Assembly: GCA_031430855.1 (NCBI GenBank)
Contig: JANPCG010000004.1
Coordinates: 10,845-74,844, forward strand
Length of the DNA stretch: 64,000 nucleotides
From: Candidatus Kaiserbacteria bacterium
GTDB lineage: Bacteria; Patescibacteriota; Minisyncoccia; Phycocordibacterales; UBA918
Reading direction: 5' to 3'
The notes beneath the pieces were generated by a model, which worked only from the letters and a program-made list of their open reading frames with translations, did not search any database and was not told where the DNA came from. The position numbers were made by a program, and so were the translations under genes. This document shows positions 10,844 through 20,130 of the stretch, piece after piece; positions within the stretch are counted from its first letter, which is position 1, and every line of letters begins with the position of its first letter.

Positions 10844-12244
10844 ATGGCACAAGCCCGCAAAGTAGTCAAAAAAAGCAGTAAAAAAGCGGCCAAAACCGTT
10901 ACCAAAGTCACTAAAAAAAAGGTAGCCACAAAGACCAAAAATAAGGTCGCGGCTACAACCAAGAAGGCAAAAACAGTTGTAAAGAAACCCGTTGCTAAAA
11001 AGCCTGTACAAAAAACAACGGCCAAGAAATCCGTGGTTAAAAAGGTGTCTACTAAAATGCCGGTCGCAAAAAAAACAGCTAAACCTGTCACAAAAAAAGC
11101 AGAGACAAAGCCTGTGGCGCCAAAGAAAATTATGCCTGTTAAAGCTGCCCCTCCAGTGAAGCTCACCCGTGGCGAAAAACTCCTCGAACTTAAGGCGGCC
11201 GAACTCATGATCCTTGGACGGACTCGTGGGTACGTTACCTATGATGAACTCTTGCGTTCATTTCCTGAAATTGAAAAAGACGTGATGTTCCTCGATGACC
11301 TTTACGAACGATTTAACGTTGCAGGAATCGATGTGCTTAAATCAGGAGGAATGCTTGGTGATGATCCGGCGGAAGAACTGCTTGCTCAGAAAAATGCCTT
11401 TAAGCGTAACGACAGTAGTTATGACTCGATTCAAATGTACCTTCGTGAAATTGGACAGTACCCATTGTTAAACGCTCATGAAGAACGAGTGTTGGCGAAA
11501 CGTATTGTTGATGGTGACGACGAAGCGCGAAACTTGCTCGCTCGAGCAAACCTTCGCTTGGTGGTTTCGATTGCAAAAAAATACGTTGGTCGGTCACCGG
11601 ACTTAACTCTCCTTGATCTTATTCAGGAAGGAAACCTCGGACTCTTTAAGGCGGTTGATAAATTCGACTTCACGAAAGGCTTTAAATTCTCAACTTATGC
11701 GACGTGGTGGATTAGACAGGCCATTACGCGAGCTCTGGCTGACCAGTCTCGTACCATCCGAATTCCGGTTCACATGGTTGAAACGATGGCAAAATATAAG
11801 CAGGTATCACGTCGTCTCTCGCAAGATTTGGGTCGTGATCCAATGCCTGAGGAGATTGCCACTGAAATGGGAGTCGAAGTAGAAAAAATCTATCAGATTG
11901 AAAAAATCAGTCAGGACACCATTTCGCTCGAGCTTCCGATTGGTGACGAGGATGATAATTCACGACTCTCGGACTTTATTGCTGATGATAAAATTACTTC
12001 ACCTGACCAAGAAGTGTCACATAGTATTTTGACTGATCAAATCACCGAAATTCTCGACACCCTCTCAGAAAAAGAACGAAAGATTCTCGAGATGCGGCAT
12101 GGACTATTGGATGGTACGTATCATACACTTGAAGAAGTAGGAAAGGAGTTTGGGGTAACGCGTGAACGGATTCGTCAGATTGAAGCCAAAGCTCTTGAGA
12201 AAATCCGTCAACACGATAAAGCGCGAAGATTGAAAAGTTATTAG
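10844..12244 (+). CDS. rpoD: RNA polymerase sigma factor RpoD (sigma-70) with a roughly 90-aa lysine/alanine-rich N-terminal extension
   Basis: Region 2 ([40 protein letters not shown]), region 3 and region 4 ([23 protein letters not shown]). The N-terminus is [24 protein letters not shown]… (histone H1-like). A TATAGT -10 box lies 11 nt upstream. Confidence 0.93.
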   Translation: MAQARKVVKKSSKKAAKTVTKVTKKKVATKTKNKVAATTKKAKTVVKKPVAKKPVQKTTAKKSVVKKVSTKMPVAKKTAKPVTKKAETKPVAPKKIMPVKAAPPVKLTRGEKLLELKAAELMILGRTRGYVTYDELLRSFPEIEKDVMFLDDLYERFNVAGIDVLKSGGMLGDDPAEELLAQKNAFKRNDSSYDSIQMYLREIGQYPLLNAHEERVLAKRIVDGDDEARNLLARANLRLVVSIAKKYVGRSPDLTLLDLIQEGNLGLFKAVDKFDFTKGFKFSTYATWWIRQAITRALADQSRTIRIPVHMVETMAKYKQVSRRLSQDLGRDPMPEEIATEMGVEVEKIYQIEKISQDTISLELPIGDEDDNSRLSDFIADDKITSPDQEVSHSILTDQITEILDTLSEKERKILEMRHGLLDGTYHTLEEVGKEFGVTRERIRQIEAKALEKIRQHDKARRLKSY

Positions 12245-12252
12245 CGAAGCTT

Positions 12253-12365
12253 CCAAAACGCACGCATCTACGTTGTTGCCATTCGCACTCGGACATTCAA
12301 TGTACTATCCAGTACACCTCATGTCCTCATACTCTGGCGCCTAGTAGCTACGTACGTTTTGAAAC
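12253..12365 (+). repeat. Intergenic repeat element copy B, directly 3' of rpoD
   Basis: The ends are near-identical to copy A (ccaaaacgcacgcatctacgttgttgc … ctggcgcctagtagctacgtacgttttgaaac). The core is the variant hairpin tgtac-tatcca-gtaca. Confidence 0.75.
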
Positions 12366-12376
12366 CTCATCGGACG

Positions 12377-12432
12377 CGATTGTGAAATACAAAACAAACC
12401 CCCCCGCAAGCTATGCTTGCGGGGGGGTTTGT
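12377..12432. terminator. Strong bidirectional intrinsic terminator
   Basis: aaacccccccgcaagc-tat-gcttgcgggggggttt, flanked by A- and T-runs. Confidence 0.7.
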
Positions 12433-12439
12433 TGATTTG

Positions 12440-12660
12440 GTGCTAAATAAACGTACAAAACGTATGCAGGGGCTGGTGAGAAAGCGTGGGACGCTTTCGC
12501 AAGACCTTGCCTGCCATCTTTGGAGCGAGAGCGGAAAAGTAGCGACAAGGTGTACAGCTTCCATAAGAAGTGCAAGGAAATTTTGATGAGCCGTATTTAA
12601 TATACGGTGAATTAAAATTTACGCAGCGTAACAAAGCACATGCGTGCGTTTAGGAAGTTT
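12440..12660 (-). repeat. Intergenic repeat element copy J (long variant), 3' of the antiporter gene in the gene's orientation
   Basis: The reverse complement reads cctaaacgcacgcatgtgctttgttacgctgcg…caccgtatattaaatacggctcatc…ccttgcac, then about 100 extra nt, then ctgcatacgttttgtacg, matching the 3' end of copy A. This looks like an insertion or extended variant. Confidence 0.55.
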
Positions 12661-14752
12661 AGATCCGGTCGTGGGCAATATCTTCCCGTAGTACAATCGA
12701 CAACTTCTGCGTAATGAGTTCACGTTCGCGGATTTCTTCAAGGACGGTTTCAGCAATTTTATGAACACTAAATTGTGCGAGACGTTCAGAGAGTACAAGT
12801 GCAATACCGGGATTATCGACAGCAATTACCTGCATTTTCTTTTCAGACTCGGTCCGGAACGTGGTATAGAGATCTGTGACGTGTGTCATTGCACTCGCCG
12901 TAAAAATACTTTCGGCTGAGTCGCTTTGGAGGTTCACGAGTTCTTTGAGCACTTTACGGGCAATAATCGTTTGGGCTCGATAGTACATATAATTATGATC
13001 AATCCGGTCAGTAGCGGTATCTTCAACAAATAGTTTACGTAACACCGTAGCCATTCTTTCGAAGACATCTTTGTTGTCGGTATGGAGCGACATGTCAGGC
13101 TCAAGAACACCATTTTCAATAGATTCAAGCTGGAGTTGGAGTTTGCCAGAGAGTCGGCGGAAGACAGATTCGGTAACTTCGTTGTGGTGGTAGAGGTCCT
13201 TGAGGTGACGTTTTTCAATTCCAATGGCGTACATACGGAGTACGCGAAGCGCTAAGTTATTCCGGGCTTCGCTCGAGAGGTTGCTTACCGCCTTGCAGGC
13301 CTCATTATATGCTTGTACGTGCTTCTCGCGAATCCGTGAGGCTACATTTGTAGCAATGTATCCACGTTCACGATACTTATCGAGCCGTTCTGTGATTTCG
13401 TGATGGATGAGGGCTTGAGCTTCTTGATATTCAATTTTTTCTACTTCAGTTAATTGATCAAGCTTAAGCTTGCGCATTACCCACTGCATAGTTGGTGCTT
13501 TAATAAAGAGGGTAGCTGAAATACAGCCAATCGTGAGAGAGAGCAAGAAATCACGCACACTGATATCGAGGCTCCAGCCCGGAACGCTAAAGGTTTCGGG
13601 AATCAGGAGTACCATAGTTACTGCCAAGGCGCCCCGGAGTGAACCCCAAGACAATAGGTGTTGCCAAGACATGGGCAATCGTCGGTCTGGTGTTGTGGTT
13701 TGATTGTAGGCGACGACGACGGGGTAGATTGAAACAGCCCGGGCAATGGCGACCACAAAGATAGTAATAATAACTACCTGAAGCATGTCACGGTTTAACA
13801 CTGGTGCATCCATAAACAAGAGTCCAATGAGAAGGAAGATCAAAGAGTTTGCAAAGAATGCCAGCTGGCCCCAGAGCTTTTCTACGAATTCTTCCGCGCG
13901 CGGATGGATTTTCGGTCGACCATAGTTACCCATTAAGAGTGCGGCGACTGTGGTAGCGATAATTGGAGAGAGAGGAAGTTCAAAGCCACCGATACTCAAG
14001 TAGTGAGAAATAATTTCTGCTAAAATAAACGTAACGTGGGCCAGTACAATGGTGAGGGTGATACTAGCAGTTTCGTTTTCACGGGTGAGACCGACTAATT
14101 TTGCAAACAAACCTCCCATAATAATACCGAAGAGGACCCCTCCTACCATCATTGAGGTAAAGCTAATAGTTCCGGCGAGAATGGTATCAAAACCATGATA
14201 GCCAAAGGTGGCTACTTCAAGGAGAACCAAGAAAAGAGCTACTGCAGTGGCGTCATTAAAGAGACTTTCACCTTCAAAGATGAGAGAGAGTCGTGGTGGT
14301 GCGCCGAATTCTTTGAAGAGCGCAAGTACGGCCACCGGGTCAGTGGCAGAAATAAGAGCTCCAAATATGAGGGTAATCATAAATGGAACGCCAAGTCCAA
14401 TAAACTCAAGGATGTAAAAGAGCGGAATCGCAATGGCAAGCGTTGAGATTAGTAGACCAACAATCGAAAGAATGAGTACAATTGGCGTGTCTTCCACTAA
14501 TCGCCTAACGTTGATATTGTAGGCTGATTCAAAAATCAGGGTTGGCAACAAAAGGTAAAAAAGTAACTCGGGGGTAAGGTGAAATTCACCAAAAAAATGA
14601 AACGCGGGGACGTTAGCGAGGAGTCCCAAAATCATACCGATAAGTACTAAAAAGACGGTATGGGGGAGACGGAAACGTTTGGCCCAAAAGATAGCCAGAC
14701 TAGAGATTCCTAACATTGCAAAGATGGCAAGGGTGGCGTTAGCAGTGAGCAT
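12659..14752 (-). CDS. CPA1-family Na+/H+ (cation/proton) antiporter with a large C-terminal cytoplasmic domain
   Basis: 697 aa with multiple TM helices. It has the Na_H_Exchanger signature …ISATDPVAVLALFKEFGAPPRLSLIFEGESLFNDATAVALF…. Confidence 0.85.
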   Translation of the reverse strand: MLTANATLAIFAMLGISSLAIFWAKRFRLPHTVFLVLIGMILGLLANVPAFHFFGEFHLTPELLFYLLLPTLIFESAYNINVRRLVEDTPIVLILSIVGLLISTLAIAIPLFYILEFIGLGVPFMITLIFGALISATDPVAVLALFKEFGAPPRLSLIFEGESLFNDATAVALFLVLLEVATFGYHGFDTILAGTISFTSMMVGGVLFGIIMGGLFAKLVGLTRENETASITLTIVLAHVTFILAEIISHYLSIGGFELPLSPIIATTVAALLMGNYGRPKIHPRAEEFVEKLWGQLAFFANSLIFLLIGLLFMDAPVLNRDMLQVVIITIFVVAIARAVSIYPVVVAYNQTTTPDRRLPMSWQHLLSWGSLRGALAVTMVLLIPETFSVPGWSLDISVRDFLLSLTIGCISATLFIKAPTMQWVMRKLKLDQLTEVEKIEYQEAQALIHHEITERLDKYRERGYIATNVASRIREKHVQAYNEACKAVSNLSSEARNNLALRVLRMYAIGIEKRHLKDLYHHNEVTESVFRRLSGKLQLQLESIENGVLEPDMSLHTDNKDVFERMATVLRKLFVEDTATDRIDHNYMYYRAQTIIARKVLKELVNLQSDSAESIFTASAMTHVTDLYTTFRTESEKKMQVIAVDNPGIALVLSERLAQFSVHKIAETVLEEIRERELITQKLSIVLREDIAHDRI

Positions 14753-14864
14753 ACGAGGGATTGGTTAATGCGTAATAATCAGCAAGTTGACACTATACTC
14801 CTCAGAAGGGAAGTCGGCAAGGGTAATTTTAGGCTAAAAATGAATGCTTTTCAGGCTACTCAAG

Positions 14865-14873
14865 TGGTATACT
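14865..14873 (+). promoter_or_regulatory. Extended -10 promoter (TGGTATACT) for the helicase-nuclease gene; near-leaderless mRNA
   Basis: tggtatact lies 10 nt upstream of the ATG at 14884, with no Shine-Dalgarno sequence. The same 9-mer occurs upstream of the ABC ATPase gene at 24515. Confidence 0.45.
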
Positions 14874-14883
14874 AACCATAATT

Positions 14884-17800
14884 ATGGCGCACATATCTAC
14901 TGTAGAGACGACCGGAGACACTTTCCGTGCTGCGTATGCAGCGTTAAATAAAGAACAAAAACTGGCCGTTGATGCGATAGATGGTCCGGTAATGGTAATT
15001 GCGGGTCCTGGTACAGGAAAGACGCAAATTTTAACCCTGCGCATAGCCAATATCCTTTTGCAGACCGATACTGCGCCGGAGAGCATTTTGGCACTCACGT
15101 TTACTGAATCAGGGGCAAGAGCCATGCGCGAACGTTTGCACCACTATATTGGGGCTCGCGCCTATCAGGTAGTAATTTTAACCTTTCATGGGTTCGCCGG
15201 TCGTCTCATAAAGCAATATCCCGAGGCATATGAGCGTATTATCGGCGGTAGACCGGCTACTGACATTGAAAAAATTACTTTGATTGAGACCATTTTGGAT
15301 ACCCCTCAAATTAAACTTTTGCGCCCCTCAGGTAACATCTCGTATTATGTGCGACCAATAGAACGGATTATTGGAGAGCTAAAAAAGGAATATGTGACCC
15401 CTGATGCCTTTGCTGTAATTATTGCGAAGCAAGAGACAAATCTGTTAGATATTGAGCAATATCACTTAAAGGGAGCGCATAAAGGGAAAGAGCGTGGTGA
15501 CTATACAAAGGCTGCGAAAGTAATTAGTAAGAACCGGGAGCTTCTCTATGTGTATCGTCAGTATGAGGCCAGTTTGCGTACCGCACGTATCTATGACTTT
15601 GAAGATATGATTGGTGAGACAGTGTCGGCGCTTGGAGCACAGTCGGATATGCTCCGTGATTTACAGGAGCAATATCAGTATGTTCTAGCTGACGAACATC
15701 AAGATGTGAATGGAGCTCAAAACCGAATCCTCGAGTTGTTGGCTTCGTATCACGATAGTCCAAACATTTTTGTGGTTGGTGACGAAAAACAAGCCATTTT
15801 TCGCTTTCAAGGGGCGTCGTTAGATAACTTTTTGTATTTTAGTGACCGATTTTCCAATACCAACGTAATTTCATTAACCCAAAACTATCGCTCAGGTCAA
15901 AATGTGCTTGATGCTGCCCATAGTTTGGTAGCGGTAGATGATGGGGAATTAAAGGCGCTTCGCGTACCGCTTACTGCGGCCGCCGTGACAGATTCCCTGA
16001 TTACGCGGCAACATTTTTCTCATCAGGTAATCGAAGACGCCTCGGTGGTCGCAGAGATTGAAACTATAATAAAAAAAGGGGCATCCCCTTCAGAGATTGC
16101 GGTAATTGTGCGGAGTAATCGTGAGGTGGAAAGTTTTACGATACTGTTACGTAAGCAGGGTATAGCGGTAGTTGCTTCAGCTGATGGTGATATTCTGGCA
16201 CATCCGATTACACAAACCGTAGAGGCCCTTATTTCTATGGTGGTGAACGTGCACGATGAGGCAGCGTTATTTGCTGTCCTCCATGGAGCATATTGGGGCA
16301 TCCCCGTTTCTGATCTCATTAAAATCACTCGTGCACGTACCTATGATAAAGGATTATTTTCTATTCTGAATGATAGAGAAATTCTCACTGCGCTTCAGGT
16401 TTCAGATGTTGCGTCCGCTCATACAGTTGCGGTAGTAATTAATGAGGCGCGGTCCATGATGGTGAGTGAAGCACCGCATCGAGTGCTGCAGTATCTCCTT
16501 TCGGCGAGTGGTTTTTTAGTGCATGTTATAAAGACCAATCCGGTTGAGGGACAGCGTGTTCTCCGTCGGCTCTATGATGAGGTTGAATTAATGGTAGTCA
16601 GTGATGCGGCCAGTACCTTACGGCACGTCAGTAACGTACTAGCGCAGCGTCGGGAATATAATCTCCCGCTTTCTGCATCATACATTGCAACCCATTCAAA
16701 TGCCGTTCAGGTGATGACTGCTCATAAATCAAAAGGGTTAGAATTTTCACATGTCTTTATTCCACATCTCCAGGATAGTGTATGGGGAGGGGGGCGACAC
16801 GCTGAGTTATTCACGATACCACTTTCAAAACACGCAGAAATTATTGATGCCTTCGATGATGAATTACGACTTTTTTATGTGGCAATCACTCGCGCCAAGA
16901 CGCATGTGTATTTCTCTACCGCAGCAGTCGGAAGTTCAGGTAAAGGAATGCTTCCGACTCGCTTTTTTGATGTGATTGATCCACGAGTGGTAACTGAAGT
17001 ATCGGTCGAAAATTTTGAGTCTGCGTTTTCTCCGCTTGCGCAATTGCTTGAATTGCCGAAAGTTCGTCACATTGATACTGATTTTATTTTAGCGTCATTG
17101 CGGAGTAAAGGGTTTTCAGCTACGTCTTTAAATAATTACCTTAGGAATCCCTGGGATTATGTGTACCGAAATGTCATGCAGATACCCGAGGTGCAGGCTA
17201 CTCACCTTCAATTTGGTACCGCAATTCACGCCGTCCTCGAATCAGTAACTCGTCATTACACAAAAAACCGGGAGTTACCCAGTGCGACATTTATTAAAAC
17301 GAAACTGGAGCAGGCATTATCCAGACTTCCTTTTAGTACGAATGAATTTGTTCGGCATCTTGAATTAGGATTATCGATGCTCTATCCGTACGTAGAATAC
17401 CTACAAGGTCAGTTACCCGTGACGACGAAAGAAGAGTTGCAGATTAAGGTGCTTTTAGAAACGGGGATACCCGAACTACCATTGTTACCACTCACGGGAA
17501 ATTTAGATCGGATTGATATTGGTGTAGACGGGAGGGCGTTTCGCGTCGTCGATTACAAAACAGGTAAGCCAAAATCACGAAACGATATTGAAGGAAAAAC
17601 AGCGACCAGTGATGGGGCGTACAAACGTCAGTTGGTATTTTATACACTTTTGCTCTCGCTGTATAACGATGAACGGTATCTAACCAATACGGGCGTATTA
17701 TCTTTTGTACAGAGCGCGGTATCAGGTCCGGTAAAAGAAGAGGCATTTATCATAACTCAGGAAGAAGTTGCGTTATTAAGAGATGATATTATCAAGAGCT

Positions 17801-17898
17801 GCAAAGAATTAATCGAAGGGAGCTTTTTAACTAACTCCGACCTGGCATATGAGAGTCAGTACCGTGACCTCGCGTTGGCTTTCATCTCTTTGTCATAA
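14884..17898 (+). CDS. UvrD/PcrA-like superfamily-1 helicase fused to a C-terminal PD-(D/E)xK (Cas4/AddB-like) nuclease domain
   Basis: Walker A AGPGTGKTQ, plus motifs II (DEHQD), III–VI (FVVGDEKQAIFRFQGAS, TQNYRS, VMTAHKSKGLEF, LFYVAITRAK). The C-terminus carries …NLDRIDIGVDGRAFRVVDYKTGKPKS…, a nuclease-type D…(D/E)xK core. Confidence 0.85.
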   Translation: MAHISTVETTGDTFRAAYAALNKEQKLAVDAIDGPVMVIAGPGTGKTQILTLRIANILLQTDTAPESILALTFTESGARAMRERLHHYIGARAYQVVILTFHGFAGRLIKQYPEAYERIIGGRPATDIEKITLIETILDTPQIKLLRPSGNISYYVRPIERIIGELKKEYVTPDAFAVIIAKQETNLLDIEQYHLKGAHKGKERGDYTKAAKVISKNRELLYVYRQYEASLRTARIYDFEDMIGETVSALGAQSDMLRDLQEQYQYVLADEHQDVNGAQNRILELLASYHDSPNIFVVGDEKQAIFRFQGASLDNFLYFSDRFSNTNVISLTQNYRSGQNVLDAAHSLVAVDDGELKALRVPLTAAAVTDSLITRQHFSHQVIEDASVVAEIETIIKKGASPSEIAVIVRSNREVESFTILLRKQGIAVVASADGDILAHPITQTVEALISMVVNVHDEAALFAVLHGAYWGIPVSDLIKITRARTYDKGLFSILNDREILTALQVSDVASAHTVAVVINEARSMMVSEAPHRVLQYLLSASGFLVHVIKTNPVEGQRVLRRLYDEVELMVVSDAASTLRHVSNVLAQRREYNLPLSASYIATHSNAVQVMTAHKSKGLEFSHVFIPHLQDSVWGGGRHAELFTIPLSKHAEIIDAFDDELRLFYVAITRAKTHVYFSTAAVGSSGKGMLPTRFFDVIDPRVVTEVSVENFESAFSPLAQLLELPKVRHIDTDFILASLRSKGFSATSLNNYLRNPWDYVYRNVMQIPEVQATHLQFGTAIHAVLESVTRHYTKNRELPSATFIKTKLEQALSRLPFSTNEFVRHLELGLSMLYPYVEYLQGQLPVTTKEELQIKVLLETGIPELPLLPLTGNLDRIDIGVDGRAFRVVDYKTGKPKSRNDIEGKTATSDGAYKRQLVFYTLLLSLYNDERYLTNTGVLSFVQSAVSGPVKEEAFIITQEEVALLRDDIIKSCKELIEGSFLTNSDLAYESQYRDLALAFISLS

Positions 17899-17904
17899 TA
17901 TAAA

Positions 17905-17942
17905 AAACACCCGTGGCCCTTGGGCCACGGGTGTTTTTTGTT
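17905..17942. terminator. Bidirectional intrinsic terminator
   Basis: aacacccgtggccc-ttg-ggccacgggtgtt followed by ttttgtt. Confidence 0.65.
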
Positions 17943-17943
17943 C

Positions 17944-18684
17944 TTACGTAGTTGGAAGTGCGGCTTCTCCTTCGAGTTGGGTTATCAGATTTTCAATGAT
18001 TTGCTTTACGACAGCGTACGGTTGCGCTCCGTTAATAACAGCCTGCTGATCACCAACCATAACAATAGAGTATGGTGTCCCTTGTGCCCCGGCAGCCACA
18101 CCTTCTTGGATAGAAGCCTCAACCTTGGCTTTATTACGACCACTCGAAAGACAAGTGTTGAAATCGGCAGTTTTAACCCCTGCTGCCTCAGCAAATTCTG
18201 GTAATCGTGACATTGCAGTTGGTTCATTGACTTCACGTTCATTAAAGATCGAGTCAGAAAACTTCCAGAACGCCTCATCGCCACCTAATTCACCGACACA
18301 AAAGGCCGCTTCAGAAATGCGCGGGGCATTTGGGTGTAATTGTTCGAGAGGAAATTGTCGATACGCCCAGGCAACTTTACCACCGACGGCAAATTCATCC
18401 ATAACCGTATTCATCGTGTCATGAAAGTTTTTGCAGAATGGGCAGTCATAGTCAGAGTACTCGATAACGACAATTGGTGCGTTTGGATTGCCGCGAACAA
18501 AGTCAGAGTCATCAAGTGGCCGGACTTCTGCTTTGACAGGTTCAGCCGGTACATCACTAGGTTTAATTGCGGTGGCTGGAGCTGAACCAAAGCCGCTGAA
18601 AAAAACGGCTGCGGCAATGAGTCCAAAACCAAATACAATTGCTACTGGAATCGCAATTGAAGTTGAAGTTGTTTGTGGTTGCAT
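17944..18684 (-). CDS. DsbA-like thiol:disulfide oxidoreductase (thioredoxin fold), membrane-anchored
   Basis: CPFC active-site motif (YSDYDCPFCKNFH) and an N-terminal TM segment. The track start is a GTG at 18723 sitting inside the TGATATACT promoter element, so I prefer the downstream ATG at 18684 (MQPQTT…). Confidence 0.75.
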   Translation of the reverse strand: MQPQTTSTSIAIPVAIVFGFGLIAAAVFFSGFGSAPATAIKPSDVPAEPVKAEVRPLDDSDFVRGNPNAPIVVIEYSDYDCPFCKNFHDTMNTVMDEFAVGGKVAWAYRQFPLEQLHPNAPRISEAAFCVGELGGDEAFWKFSDSIFNEREVNEPTAMSRLPEFAEAAGVKTADFNTCLSSGRNKAKVEASIQEGVAAGAQGTPYSIVMVGDQQAVINGAQPYAVVKQIIENLITQLEGEAALPTT

Positions 18685-18783
18685 ATACGTACGAATGAAA
18701 GTAAGAATTGATAATACCTCCACAGTATATCATTTTAGTGCCCAAAATTTAATGAGTTCATGATATACTTTGGGGAATACACT

Positions 18784-19596
18784 ATGGGATTTTTTGACGC
18801 TATTTTACTGGGGTTAATTCAAGGAATAACTGAGTTTTTGCCGATTTCTTCAACGGGGCACTTAATTTTAATGCGTGAGCTTCTTGGTCTCCAGTCTGCT
18901 GGTGGTGAATTGGCGTTTGATGCCGTTCTTCATTTGGCGACGGCACTCGCTGTCATTATTTATTTCTCCAAAGATATTTGGAGCATTGCGCAGACTGCGC
19001 TGCGAAAGTTGGGACGGTTGCCCGTAAATCAGAAAGAACTGACGCTCTTCTATGCCCTTGCTATTGGAACTATTCCAGCCGTGGTGGTGGGAGTGTTGCT
19101 TGAGTCTACTATGGAAACAGCGTTCCGGTCACCCCTGTTGGTGGCAGGGGTTCTTGTTGCTGGTTCTCTCCTGTTCATTTATGCTGAATGGTTTATTTAT
19201 AATTCAGTGCCGAACAATACTGTTACGGTTAAAAAAGGAATCCAGATTGGTCTATTTCAGTGTCTTGCGTTAGTTCCCGGGATGTCTCGGTCGGGAGCCA
19301 CTATTGCAGGTGGTATGTTGTTAGGATTGTCACGAGTCGAAGCGGCACGATTTGCGTTTCTTTTGGCTGTACCGATTATGCTAGGTGCAGGAGGTAAAAA
19401 ACTCATTGAGTTAATTTCTTCACCAGCAACCGTGTCCTGGTTTCCGATACTGATTGGGGCGGTAGTGGCGTTTATTGTCGGATTATTGGCAATTCATTTT
19501 ATGCTAACGTTTGTGAGGCGACATACGTTGTGGCCGTTTATTTGGTATCGGTTACTTCTCGCGGCCTTCGTAGCTTACGTCTACCTCGTCGCGTAA
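18784..19596 (+). CDS. uppP: undecaprenyl-diphosphate phosphatase (BacA/UppP)
   Basis: MGFFDAILLGLIQGITEFLPISSTGHLIL…MSRSGATI…, the classic UppP motifs. The preferred start is 18784, because the track start at 18760 lies inside the TGATATACT -10 element at 18761-18769. Confidence 0.9.
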   Translation: MGFFDAILLGLIQGITEFLPISSTGHLILMRELLGLQSAGGELAFDAVLHLATALAVIIYFSKDIWSIAQTALRKLGRLPVNQKELTLFYALAIGTIPAVVVGVLLESTMETAFRSPLLVAGVLVAGSLLFIYAEWFIYNSVPNNTVTVKKGIQIGLFQCLALVPGMSRSGATIAGGMLLGLSRVEAARFAFLLAVPIMLGAGGKKLIELISSPATVSWFPILIGAVVAFIVGLLAIHFMLTFVRRHTLWPFIWYRLLLAAFVAYVYLVA

Positions 19597-19599
19597 ATC

Positions 19600-19715
19600 T
19601 TTTAAAATCACTTCATCTGCGTTGTTGCGCTGCGGTAAGTTGCGTCTCACCGTACAATAAGTACGACTCAAAGCAACTTCCTTGCGCGCCTAGCAGCTAA
19701 AGTAATTTAAAAAAG
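19600..19715 (+). repeat. Intergenic repeat element copy C, directly 3' of uppP
   Basis: cttcatctgcgttgttgcgctgcgg…ctcaccgtacaataagtacgactc…ccttgcgcgcctagcagctaaag. Confidence 0.8.
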
Positions 19716-19794
19716 ATTTGGATGCTTATTTAAATAAAAAATTAAGGATATTAAAAGTAATAAAAAAGGAAATGACGCAGGTAGGGGACCCGCG

Positions 19795-20025
19795 TCATTC
19801 GGCTTCGCGTAACAGTGCATCAAGGTGATGCGACCGTAAGGGCGGAACGGCGTTAAGGGCAGAAAGTCGCCCGCCATTCTTTGCTTTGATAAACCATACC
19901 AAGCCCCGTCGTTCCTTGGAGGTTGTGGGTTTTCCGGCCACGTAGCGATCAAAGATTGTGCGGTAGTAGTCACTCATCAGCCCGATACTGTTACGTAGCG
20001 GAGGAAACGAATCAGCGTAATTCAA
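19795..20025 (-). CDS. hypothetical protein (76 aa, TTG start)
   Basis: The ORF sits downstream of the exonuclease gene in the same orientation. AGGA lies about 9 nt upstream, and a terminator hairpin aatgacgc…gcgtcatt plus a T-run follows the stop at 19770-19800. I recognise no family. Confidence 0.35.
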   Translation of the reverse strand: MNYADSFPPLRNSIGLMSDYYRTIFDRYVAGKPTTSKERRGLVWFIKAKNGGRLSALNAVPPLRSHHLDALLREAE

Positions 20026-20130
20026 CGTGCTGCCATCCTTTCAGTTGTGATTATTTCCGTGGTGTGACCGACTAAAGTGGTCAAGAACAGACTTAATTAA
20101 TCGTACTCCTTATATTTGTAACTGCAATAG

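Noticed and set aside
10900-11110. Apparent tandem nucleotide repeats (aaaaaagc/aaaaaaac units) in rpoD and at 30560-30720
   Set aside because: They are the coding consequence of lysine/alanine-rich protein tails, in-frame and continuous with conserved domains. They are not CRISPR or satellite repeats.
12367-12634. Two overlapping minus-strand ORFs (65 and 63 aa) between rpoD and the antiporter gene
   Set aside because: They overlap the terminator hairpin and the repeat-element copy J, have no ribosome-binding site, and are Cys/Arg-rich and low-complexity. Better explained as non-coding.
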